NCBI GenBank assembly: GCA_040770465.1
Contig: JAXGJB010000001.1
Location: 64,001-128,000, forward strand
DNA: 64,000 bases
Reading direction: 5' to 3'
DNA from: Methanothrix sp.
Lineage (GTDB): Archaea; Halobacteriota; Methanosarcinia; Methanotrichales; Methanotrichaceae
Under the pieces are notes generated by a model, which had not been told where the DNA came from, did not search any database, and worked only from the letters and a program-made list of their open reading frames with translations. This document shows positions 19,931 to 28,186 of the stretch, one piece after another. The position numbers and the translations under genes were made by a program. How positions within the stretch are numbered: the first letter of the stretch is position 1; the number at the start of each line of letters is the position of its first letter.

Positions 19931-20052
19931 GGAGAGGAAGGATAGGAAAAAGGAGAGGAAGGATAGGAAAAAGGAGAGGAAGGATAGGAAAAAGGAGAGG
20001 AAGGATAGGAAAAAGGAGAGGAAGGATAGGAAAAAGGAGAGGAAGGATAGGA
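19931..20052. repeat. 21-bp tandem repeat GGAGAGGAAGGATAGGAAAAA, 5 full copies plus a partial copy
   Basis: Identical units abut with no spacers. Confidence 0.97.
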
Positions 20053-20097
20053 GCCCGGATATCTCTTCCGATCTGGGCCCCTTTTCTCTCTTCCGGT

Positions 20098-21135
20098 CTA
20101 GACGCCTTCCAGGTTCACTGTGTTGTTGAAGAACCGATTTGGTCCGACCCGGTCGATCCCGGAGTCGCGAAGGCTGATCCCCTTGGCGTTGTATCCGATG
20201 ACGTTCCCGGTCACTACGGCGTTCGTGGCCGCATCAAGGAATATCCCAGCTTTTGTGTTGTTGATGACGACATTCCCTTCGATCCGGTTGCTATCGGAGC
20301 TGAGGATGGAGATCCCGTCGTCGAGGTTGTTGCTGACGACGCTGTCAGATACCAGGTTTTCGGTGGCTCTGAAGATGAGGATTCCGTCGTTGCCGTTGTT
20401 GGAGGAGATGCACCTGGTTATGGTGGTGTTGGAAGAGCCCTTGAGGTAGATTCCTGCCCAGTTGCTGTTCATGACGCCACAGTCTGAGATGACGTTGTCG
20501 TTTGAGACAACCTCGATCCCGGCGCTGGGCCAGGGGCCGGCATTGGTGATGTACAATCCTTCAAGGACGATCCCGTCTGCCTCCAGGAGGACGGCGCTAC
20601 CGTTCCCCTGGGCATTAACAACGGGGACACCCTCACCGGTATCCACACCTCTGATGGTGACCTTTTTTTCAAGGACGATCTTCTCGTTGTAGGTTCCGCT
20701 CCCCACTTCTATGACGGCACCGTCACCAGCGGCCTCGATCGCCGCCTGGATGCTGGTGAAGTTGCAGCCGTTGAGACAGACGGAGCGGATCGCCACCTCG
20801 GCACCTTCTTCGACCGTTTCGGGCGCAGCCACCGTGATGGGCTCGTTGAGGGATTCGTTGGCGGAATCGTTAAGGGACTCGTCGATGGTGGTCGTATCGT
20901 TCAACTCGGTCCCGTTATCGATTTGTACAAGAGCTTCGGTGAAGTTCTCCGAATCGTTGGCCACCCCTCCCGCGACCTCTGAGGTTGCGTTCGCCTCCTG
21001 AAGTAGCTGATCTTCAATCCCCGCGCGGTCGTTGATGTCATCCGAGACCACGGCCTGGACAAGCCCTGCCGATAGGATGATGGCCAGGGCGAGCCAGGAG
21101 CCGATGGCGACCCTGTGAATGTGATCATCGAGCAT
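20098..21135 (-). CDS. Secreted NosD/pectin-lyase-like beta-helix surface protein
   Basis: Signal peptide, acidic N-x-S/T-rich linker, SIQAAI...GTYNE, repeated NNxxGIxL. Confidence 0.85.
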   Translation of the reverse strand: MLDDHIHRVAIGSWLALAIILSAGLVQAVVSDDINDRAGIEDQLLQEANATSEVAGGVANDSENFTEALVQIDNGTELNDTTTIDESLNDSANESLNEPITVAAPETVEEGAEVAIRSVCLNGCNFTSIQAAIEAAGDGAVIEVGSGTYNEKIVLEKKVTIRGVDTGEGVPVVNAQGNGSAVLLEADGIVLEGLYITNAGPWPSAGIEVVSNDNVISDCGVMNSNWAGIYLKGSSNTTITRCISSNNGNDGILIFRATENLVSDSVVSNNLDDGISILSSDSNRIEGNVVINNTKAGIFLDAATNAVVTGNVIGYNAKGISLRDSGIDRVGPNRFFNNTVNLEGV

Positions 21136-21230
21136 ATTTAAACCTCTTATCTCAATATAGGACTTGCTCTGCTTTAAAATTACTTAACAATATCGAGCCG
21201 TATCCGTTCCTTATATCCCTCGATATCCCC

Positions 21231-22073
21231 CTATCTCGGTCGCTTTAAGGGTGCGATCTCAATCTGGAAGGTCTCGGGCCAGAGCTTCCCGGTGACCAGG
21301 AGCATTCCGGACCGGGCATCGTAGGCGATCCCGTTCAGGACGTCTGAACTGAGCCGCTCCTCTTCGGTCAGGATGCCCGAGAGGTCGATCCAAGCCACCA
21401 CCTCCCCCGTCTCCGGCGATATGATGGCGATCTCATCTGTCTGCCAGACGTTGGCGTAGATGAAACCCTCGACCCACTCCAGCTCGTTGAGCCTCAAGAG
21501 GGGCTCGCCGTCGGCGCATACCTCCAACGTCCTCGTCACATCGAAGGTCTCTGGATTCAAGAAACGGAGGACTGAGGACCCGTCGCTCATGATCAAGCTC
21601 TGGCCGTCGGTGGTGATCCCCCACCCCTCCGTGGGGTAGGTGAAGGTCTCAATGACGGTGAAGTTCTCCATGTCCCAGACCAGGCCCATCCCCTCCCTCC
21701 AGGTGAGCTGGACCAGGGTATCGCCCCAGAGGACGATCCCCTCGCCGAAGATATCAGGCGGCAAGCTCCGAATTCTGACCTGCTCACCCGTCTCCAGGAT
21801 CGTCTCCCGGAGGCTGGACCTGCCATAAAGGCCCGTCCCCTCGTAGAGAAGGCCGTCCCGATAAGCGAGCCCCTGGGTGAAGGCTTCAGGATCGTGGGGA
21901 AAGACCGCCACCACATCAAAGCCATAAACAGGTGCCCTCTGATCGCCGAGCGGGTTCTCGATGCAGCCTGTCGAAAGAATCGACAGCAGAGCCGCGAGGG
22001 CCAGGGCAGCAAAGCTCGCGGTGGGGGCGAAGGCCGAGGCAAAGATCCGGACTGCGTCAGATCTCGGGGTCAT
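21231..22073 (-). CDS. Glutaminyl-peptide cyclotransferase (beta-propeller type), probable lipoprotein
   Basis: PHDPEAFTQGL, FGEG, EGWG, LNELE, VLNGIA, TGKLW; lipobox-like LSTGC. Confidence 0.9.
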   Translation of the reverse strand: MTPRSDAVRIFASAFAPTASFAALALAALLSILSTGCIENPLGDQRAPVYGFDVVAVFPHDPEAFTQGLAYRDGLLYEGTGLYGRSSLRETILETGEQVRIRSLPPDIFGEGIVLWGDTLVQLTWREGMGLVWDMENFTVIETFTYPTEGWGITTDGQSLIMSDGSSVLRFLNPETFDVTRTLEVCADGEPLLRLNELEWVEGFIYANVWQTDEIAIISPETGEVVAWIDLSGILTEEERLSSDVLNGIAYDARSGMLLVTGKLWPETFQIEIAPLKRPR

Positions 22074-22289
22074 TGTTTCGGTTCTTTCGAGGCGGCGGGC
22101 ATATTTAGAGGATTCGCAAGGAGTTCTGAAGAGCCATCGGGCGCGTCCGAAGAGGACTGAGAACATCTACCAACAGGTATATCTTCATGGCGGGAGCACC
22201 CCTACCAGCTTGCGCAGATGACCTCTTTGGGGATCTCGCTAGCAACGTCGATTCTTCTGAATCGATGACCAAAAAGGCGCGTGAATATA

Positions 22290-22472
22290 ATGGACGAGAG
22301 ACGTGGACGTAGAGGCGGCTTCGACAGAGGCCCCAGAGAGATGCACGATGCGGTCTGCGCGGATTGCGGAAAGGAGACTAAGGTCCCCTTCAAGCCCGAC
22401 GGATCGAGGCCGGTATACTGCAGCGAATGCTACCAGAAGCACAGGCCCGCAAGACCACCGAGACGGTTCTGA
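22290..22472 (+). CDS. CxxC-x17-CxxC zinc-ribbon protein
   Basis: PREMHDAVCADCGKETKVPFKPDGSRPVYCSECY. Confidence 0.9.
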   Translation: MDERRGRRGGFDRGPREMHDAVCADCGKETKVPFKPDGSRPVYCSECYQKHRPARPPRRF

Positions 22473-22780
22473 GATGAGCGGGTCGATCTGATCTCGACCG
22501 GTCTCTTCTACGACCGATCAGTTCTGTCCGTCAGGGCGATCTTTCACAATGACGGCGGGAGACGAATGCAGGGTCGGCATCCGAACCCTGCAGCGCTTTC
22601 CGGCACGATGGCTCTTTTCAAAGAAGAATTTAAATGACTCATTCAGCCAGAAGGTTTTTCAGATTCTGGTTTTTCAGGCCGACTATTTATTCTTATGATT
22701 AATGTTCTCCCCATCGAAATAAATTATTTATATGATTAAGTTTTTGTATGATGCAAATTTAAAAAAATCCCCCGGTGACG

Positions 22781-23161
22781 ATGATGAAGGAGAGCACGGT
22801 GAAGGTGCTGGACGATAAAGATCTCGAGTTCGCGGAGACCCTCAGAAGCCTAGGGGTACAGCGGAACGTGGCCATCCTGATAACGTACCTGGCCAATGTG
22901 GACGAAGCGTCCTCGCGGGATATCGAGATGGGCTCCAATCTCAGGCAGCCCGAAGTGAGCATAGCGATGCGAGCGCTGAGAGATAACGACTGGGTGAGCG
23001 AGAAGGAGGTGAGGAGGGGAGGCAAAGGAAGGCCCATGAAAGTCTACTCGCTACTGACTCCCATCGACGAGATAATAAAGCATTTCGAAGAAGAGAAGCA
23101 GCAGGAGTCGGCCCAGACTATGGAGAGCATACAGAAGCTGAAAGAGCTGATATCAGGCTGA
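22781..23161 (+). CDS. Winged-helix transcriptional regulator (methanogen COG4738-like)
   Basis: SRDIEMGSNLRQPEVSIAM, GKGRP; AT-rich promoter upstream. Confidence 0.82.
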   Translation: MMKESTVKVLDDKDLEFAETLRSLGVQRNVAILITYLANVDEASSRDIEMGSNLRQPEVSIAMRALRDNDWVSEKEVRRGGKGRPMKVYSLLTPIDEIIKHFEEEKQQESAQTMESIQKLKELISG

Positions 23162-23210
23162 GGATCTCAAGGCCTTCAGAGGCCCGTCTCCGATCCCTTT
23201 TATTTTGGAC

Positions 23211-23486
23211 CTATCTCTCCCCGACCTGGACGCTGCATCTATTTTGGGCGGCGGGATCGACGACCACCTCCACGTCGATCTTGGAGGCGATCCCCCGTCC
23301 CATGGATACACAACACCCGCCGACCTCGATCACCACCGGCCCCCCAAAGGGCTGGCAGGCGATCTTGCGGACCCTCTGTCCCTTTCTTATCCCCATCGAT
23401 TCTAACCTGTTAGCCCAGCCGAAGCTGGGTGCGAAGGACTTTATCTCCAGGACCAGGTTGCAGGGCGCTTTAGTCAGCGAGATCAA
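23211..23486 (-). CDS. feoA: FeoA-family SH3-like protein
   Basis: RLESMGIRKG...PFGGPVVI...MGRGIASKI; no feoB in the window. Confidence 0.75.
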   Translation of the reverse strand: MISLTKAPCNLVLEIKSFAPSFGWANRLESMGIRKGQRVRKIACQPFGGPVVIEVGGCCVSMGRGIASKIDVEVVVDPAAQNRCSVQVGER

Positions 23487-23640
23487 TTCTATACCTCAAA
23501 CCTAACCGTGGTAAAACCGATCCGGCGTCTATAAATCTGACGGTGCCGCTCCGGCCTCAACCTCGATGCTGGAAGGCGAGAAGGCGGTGGCCCCAAGCCC
23601 CCCCCTCCACGACCCGGCTACCAATCGTCGGCTGGAAAGC

Positions 23641-24453
23641 TCAAGCTCTGACGTGGATCCCTCTCTCGGCGAGGTACCGTTTCACCTCGTCGACCCCCCA
23701 CTCGCCATAGTGGAATATGCTGGCTGCCAGGGCTGCTGAGGCCCCGGTCTTCAAAAAGACCTCGTATATGTGTTCGGCGTTGCCGCAGCCGCCAGAGGCG
23801 ATCACCGGGATCCGGACCCGTTTGCAGACGGCGTCGGTGAGGGGCAGGTCGAACCCGTCGTAGGTGCCGTCTCGATCCATGCTGGTGAGGAGGATCTCGC
23901 CGGCCCCGAGCCTCTCAGCCTCCATCGCCCATGCTATGGCGTCGACCCCAGAAAACTCCCTTCCGCCGTAGAAAGAGCACTCAAACCAGGATTCTCCCTG
24001 GGGGGTGGGAACAGAGATACGGCCTTCGGTGGGGTTGTCCCTCCGTTTCGCGTCTATGGCGACGACGCAGGCCTGGCTCCCGTACTCCTCGGCGATCTCG
24101 CCGATGATCTCGGGCCTCTTCAGGGCGGTGGTGTTGACGGTGACCTTGTCGGCCCCGGCCTTGAATATGTTCCTGACGTCGTCGACGGTCTTTATCCCGC
24201 CGCCAACGGCCAGGGGGACGAAGACGTTCTTGGCGGTATCCCTGATGACGCTCTTCATCGTCTCCCGCCGATCGGAGGATGCGGTGATGTCGAGGAATAC
24301 GATCTCGTCTGCCCCCTCCTCGTAATACCGGGTGGCGAGCTCCCAGGGGACCCCGGCGTACCTGATCTGCTTGAACTCAATACCCTTCACGACCCTCCCC
24401 TGGGGGACGGCGAGGTCGCAATCGAGGCAGGGTATTATCCTTCTTGCTAACAT
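23641..24453 (-). CDS. hisF: Imidazole glycerol phosphate synthase cyclase subunit
   Basis: [43 protein letters not shown]. Confidence 0.96.
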   Translation of the reverse strand: MLARRIIPCLDCDLAVPQGRVVKGIEFKQIRYAGVPWELATRYYEEGADEIVFLDITASSDRRETMKSVIRDTAKNVFVPLAVGGGIKTVDDVRNIFKAGADKVTVNTTALKRPEIIGEIAEEYGSQACVVAIDAKRRDNPTEGRISVPTPQGESWFECSFYGGREFSGVDAIAWAMEAERLGAGEILLTSMDRDGTYDGFDLPLTDAVCKRVRIPVIASGGCGNAEHIYEVFLKTGASAALAASIFHYGEWGVDEVKRYLAERGIHVRA

Positions 24454-25049
24454 CTGGTCAGCCTCACAAAGTTATCAAGGATTTTTAGACCCTTCTGCCC
24501 CGACTTCTCGGGGTGGAACTGGACGGCGAAGAGGTTCTCCCTTGAGACCGCCGCGGCGATCTCGGTGCCGTAATCGGTTGTGGCGGCCAGTACCGATCCG
24601 TCTTTTGGGACGCAGAAGTAAGAGTGGACGAAGTAGAAGAAGTCCTCGTCAGAGATCCCCTCCAGGATCTCGCCCTCCTTTTTTATGGTGAGGGTGTTCC
24701 ATCCCATCTGGGGGACCAGGACCGAGTCAGGCAGTCTGACCACCTCTCCTTTTATCCAGCCGAGCCCCTCCTCGGGGCTCTCCTCGCTCCTCTCAAAGAG
24801 GACCTGCATCCCGACGCATATCCCCAGGGTCGGCGTCCCGCCCTCCAGGGCCTCCAGGATGACGGCCTCGAACCGGGAGAGCCGCCTCATGCACCGTCCA
24901 AAGGAACCGACCCCCGGAACCACGACCCCGTCGAACCTCGTCAGGTCCTCCGGCTCGGTTACGAGCTCGGGGCCGGCCTCGATGTGTTCGAGGGCGTTAT
25001 AAATGCTGAAGAGGTTTCCCACCCCGTAATCGACTACTGCAATCGTCAA
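24447..25049 (-). CDS. hisH: Imidazole glycerol phosphate synthase glutaminase subunit
   Basis: DYGVGNL, PGVG, GICVGMQ, YFVHSY, QFHPEKS. Confidence 0.96.
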   Translation of the reverse strand: MTIAVVDYGVGNLFSIYNALEHIEAGPELVTEPEDLTRFDGVVVPGVGSFGRCMRRLSRFEAVILEALEGGTPTLGICVGMQVLFERSEESPEEGLGWIKGEVVRLPDSVLVPQMGWNTLTIKKEGEILEGISDEDFFYFVHSYFCVPKDGSVLAATTDYGTEIAAAVSRENLFAVQFHPEKSGQKGLKILDNFVRLTRC

Positions 25050-25237
25050 ATCTCATTCACCTGGTGACTTAAATTCAAGACTTTCGCCAGCCTGGACCTC
25101 GTTCGATCCGGCCCCGTATATACCTTTTCGGGGTTTATCGCGGATATAAGCAGTCCTTTTCGACTATTATATCATGAAACGGAGCCGAGCCTTTGTCCGA
25201 ACCTTGTCAGAACCTCGTCCGAACTGATTCACCCATC

Positions 25238-27298
25238 TCATTCCGCGGGCGCTATCTTGCAGGCCGCCATCTTGTACTCCGGGATCTTGGATATGGGGTC
25301 TCGCGCGTCGGAGGTGAGAAGGTTCGCCCCGTAATAGTGGAAGGGCATGAAGACCATCCCCGGCTTGACCGAGTTCGTCAGCCTCGCCTTCGCCCTCGCC
25401 TCTCCCCTGACCGTCGAGACGACCACCATGCTGCCGTCGGCGATCTTCAGGCGGGACGCGTCCTCGGGGTTCAACTCCACGTACAGCTCGGGGTCCCTCT
25501 CCATGAGGGAGGCGCTCCTCTTGGTCATGGAGCCGCCGCAGTAGTGGACGACTATCCTGCCCGTCGTCAGGAGGATGGGGTACTCGGCGCTCGTCACCTC
25601 CGCAGGGGGGACGTTCTCGACGGCTGCGAGATTTGCCCTGCCGTCCGGCGAGGAGAACCTCTCGGTGTGGAGGATCTCCGTTCCAGGGTGGTCCTCTGTC
25701 GGGCAGGGCCAGGGCACGCCGCCGGGCTTGGATATCCTCGACTTCGTAGCCCCCTTGTAGGCAGGAACCGTACGGTTGATCTCCTCTAAAACCTCTGAGG
25801 CGGAGGCGTAGTTGAATGAGGCGGAGGCGTAGTTGAAGTCCAGCCCGAGCTTTCTTGCGATCTCGCAGATTATCAATAGCCCCTCTTTAGCCTCTCCGGG
25901 CGCGTCCACGGCCTTATCGACCCACTGAACCCGTCTCTCCATGGAGGTGTAGCTGCCGTCCTTCTCAGCCCAGGCGGCGGCTGGAATGACGACGTCGGCG
26001 AGCCTTGCCGTAGGCGTCATGAATATCTCCTGGACCACCAGAAAGTCGAGGCTCTCAAGAGCCTTGGTGGTCTTTGAAGTGTTCGGATCGCAGATGACGG
26101 GGTCTTCGCCAATTATGTACATCGCCCTGATCTTCCCTTCGAGGGCCGCATCCATCATCTCGGTGGAGGTCATCCCCGGCCCCTCGGGGAGGCTTTCCGC
26201 CCCCCATGCGGCCTTGAAGAAATCGACGGACGCGGGATCAGCCGCCCTCTTATATCCTGGATAGAACTCGGCGATGGCGCCCATATCGCAGGCTCCCTGG
26301 ACGTTGTTCTGGCCTCTCATGGGCATGATCCCAGCCCCTGGCCTTCCCACCTGGCCAGAGATCAGGGCGAGGTCGGCGCAGGCCCTGACGTTCTCGGTGC
26401 CGCAGACGTGCTGGGTGATCCCCATGGAGTAGAGGAGGGCCGAGGCCTCCGAGCGGGAGTAGAGCCGGGCCGCAAGGGCGATCTCCTCGGCCGGCACCCC
26501 CGTCAGCTCCGCGGCCTTCTCGACGGTGAACCCGTCCAGGCTCCGCAACAGGTCCTCGAAACCCTTCGTCCGATCGGCGATGAACCTCTCGTCTATCAGA
26601 CCTTCGTCTATCGCGACCTTCATCATCCCCCTGATGAGATCGATGTCGGTTCCGGGCGCAAGCCTCAGATGGAGGTCTGCCATCCAGGACGTATGGGTGA
26701 TCCTGGGATCGACGACTATGATCACAGCCCCATTGTCCTTGGCCTTCTGGACCCACCGAGAGACGACGGGGTGGGCCTCGGCCAGGTTAGTCCCTATGGC
26801 CAGGATGCATTTGGCGTTCTCCAGATCCCTGATGTTGTTGGTCATAGCCCCGGTGCCGAGGGCCCCACCAAGTCCCACCACCGTAGGAGAGTGGCAGAGT
26901 CGGGCGCAGTTGTCGACGTTCGGCGATCCCAGGAGCCGGGCCATCTTCTGGATGACGTAGTTCTCTTCGTTGTTGCACCTCGATGAGGCGAGAAATCCGA
27001 GGGATCGGGGTCCGTGATCTTTGACGGCCTTTCCGAGCCCCTTTGTCACCAGGTCCAGGGCCTCTTCCCAGGAGATTCTTACCCACTCGCTCCCGACCCT
27101 CCGCATCGGGTATCGGAGCCTCTCCTCGTGGTTGAGGATCTCCAGTACCGAGTTGCCTTTGGGGCAGAGGCCTCCCTCTCCCGTCGGATGGTCGAGCATG
27201 TACTCCATCCCCGTAACACGCCCTTTATCCACCACCAGGTAAAACCCGCAGCCTACGGCGCAATAAGGGCAGACAGACGCAATTTTTTCTTCGGTTAT
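25238..27298 (-). CDS. fdhA: Formate dehydrogenase alpha subunit (Mo/W-bisPGD, Cys-type), copy 2
   Basis: CPYCAVGC, LCPKG, DNCARLCHSPT, RGQNNVQGACDMG, PEYK. Start placed at ATA 27298 by alignment with copy 1. Confidence 0.88.
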   Translation of the reverse strand: MTEEKIASVCPYCAVGCGFYLVVDKGRVTGMEYMLDHPTGEGGLCPKGNSVLEILNHEERLRYPMRRVGSEWVRISWEEALDLVTKGLGKAVKDHGPRSLGFLASSRCNNEENYVIQKMARLLGSPNVDNCARLCHSPTVVGLGGALGTGAMTNNIRDLENAKCILAIGTNLAEAHPVVSRWVQKAKDNGAVIIVVDPRITHTSWMADLHLRLAPGTDIDLIRGMMKVAIDEGLIDERFIADRTKGFEDLLRSLDGFTVEKAAELTGVPAEEIALAARLYSRSEASALLYSMGITQHVCGTENVRACADLALISGQVGRPGAGIMPMRGQNNVQGACDMGAIAEFYPGYKRAADPASVDFFKAAWGAESLPEGPGMTSTEMMDAALEGKIRAMYIIGEDPVICDPNTSKTTKALESLDFLVVQEIFMTPTARLADVVIPAAAWAEKDGSYTSMERRVQWVDKAVDAPGEAKEGLLIICEIARKLGLDFNYASASFNYASASEVLEEINRTVPAYKGATKSRISKPGGVPWPCPTEDHPGTEILHTERFSSPDGRANLAAVENVPPAEVTSAEYPILLTTGRIVVHYCGGSMTKRSASLMERDPELYVELNPEDASRLKIADGSMVVVSTVRGEARAKARLTNSVKPGMVFMPFHYYGANLLTSDARDPISKIPEYKMAACKIAPAE

Positions 27299-27332
27299 GC
27301 CAACACCTTCTGCTAATATTTTCAGCGCCCTC

Positions 27333-27752
27333 TCACGGGCTCTTCCTGCACCTTCCAAGCACCATCTCTCGAGTTGCCCTCTCCGCCTCGATCTTCCGGC
27401 GGCAGGTGGGGCAGACCCGGATCCATTCCAGCCCCTCAGAGTCCTTCTGGGAGTCGGCGGGGAGGACCGACTCGATCCTTTTGAGCATCGGCTCCGTGGC
27501 GTACCGCGACCCGCAGATCTTGCAGGCCACAAGGGCGAAGGAGACCTCCGGTTCCGGAACCGACTCGTCGAGGGGGACGAGGGTCAGAGCTTTTGCCGGG
27601 CAGAGCTCGACGCAGAGATCGCACTCCTCCCGACACTTTTTCCAGTGGATGGACCGCTTCGTCTCGGTCTCGGTTCGGACGATGTTCTGGTTGGGGCAGA
27701 CGTTGGAGCAGGAGCAGCAGCCAAGGCAGAGATCCGGATCGACTTTGATCAT
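27333..27752 (-). CDS. 4Fe-4S ferredoxin-like protein with extra CxxC pairs
   Basis: CLGCCSCSNVCP, CREECDLCVELCP, CKICG, CPTCRR. Confidence 0.85.
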   Translation of the reverse strand: MIKVDPDLCLGCCSCSNVCPNQNIVRTETETKRSIHWKKCREECDLCVELCPAKALTLVPLDESVPEPEVSFALVACKICGSRYATEPMLKRIESVLPADSQKDSEGLEWIRVCPTCRRKIEAERATREMVLGRCRKSP

Positions 27753-28186
27753 CTTCGAACCCCCTGAACGGCAGCTCGCGCGGCTCGGGCCTGCGCCCTG
27801 CGAGACGCCAGATCGAAATCAGTGGTCAGAGCGTTGGCAGGACAGGTAGTGACACATGCGGGCTCAGGCCGCCCTTCGCAGAGGTCGCATTTGTGGGCTA
27901 TCTTATCGGTCCATACGACCCCGAAGGGGCAGGCGAGGCTGCATAAACCGCAGCCGGTGCACTTCTCGACATCGAAGGCCGTCCGCTCCCCCTCCTTGAA
28001 AAGGGCTCCGGAGAAGCAGGCGATGGTGCAGTTTGCCTCTTCACAGTGGTGGCAGAATATGGGAACCGAGGCGGAATCACCTACAAAATGGACTTTGACG
28101 TGGCCGAGGCCTTCGTGGACCCGCTCGCAAGCCACCTCGCAGGACCGGCAGCCGATACATCTAGCGACATCGACGTAAACTGGCAT
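27749..28186 (-). CDS. 4x[4Fe-4S] electron-transfer protein (HycB/DmsB-like)
   Basis: CIGCRSCEVAC, CHHCEEANC...C, CTGCGLCSLACPFG, KCDLC...PACVTTCP. Confidence 0.9.
   Translation of the reverse strand: MPVYVDVARCIGCRSCEVACERVHEGLGHVKVHFVGDSASVPIFCHHCEEANCTIACFSGALFKEGERTAFDVEKCTGCGLCSLACPFGVVWTDKIAHKCDLCEGRPEPACVTTCPANALTTDFDLASRRAQARAARAAVQGVRR

Noticed and set aside
19931-20052. Possible CRISPR array
   Set aside because: Units are contiguous with no unique spacers, and no cas genes are nearby; it is a VNTR.
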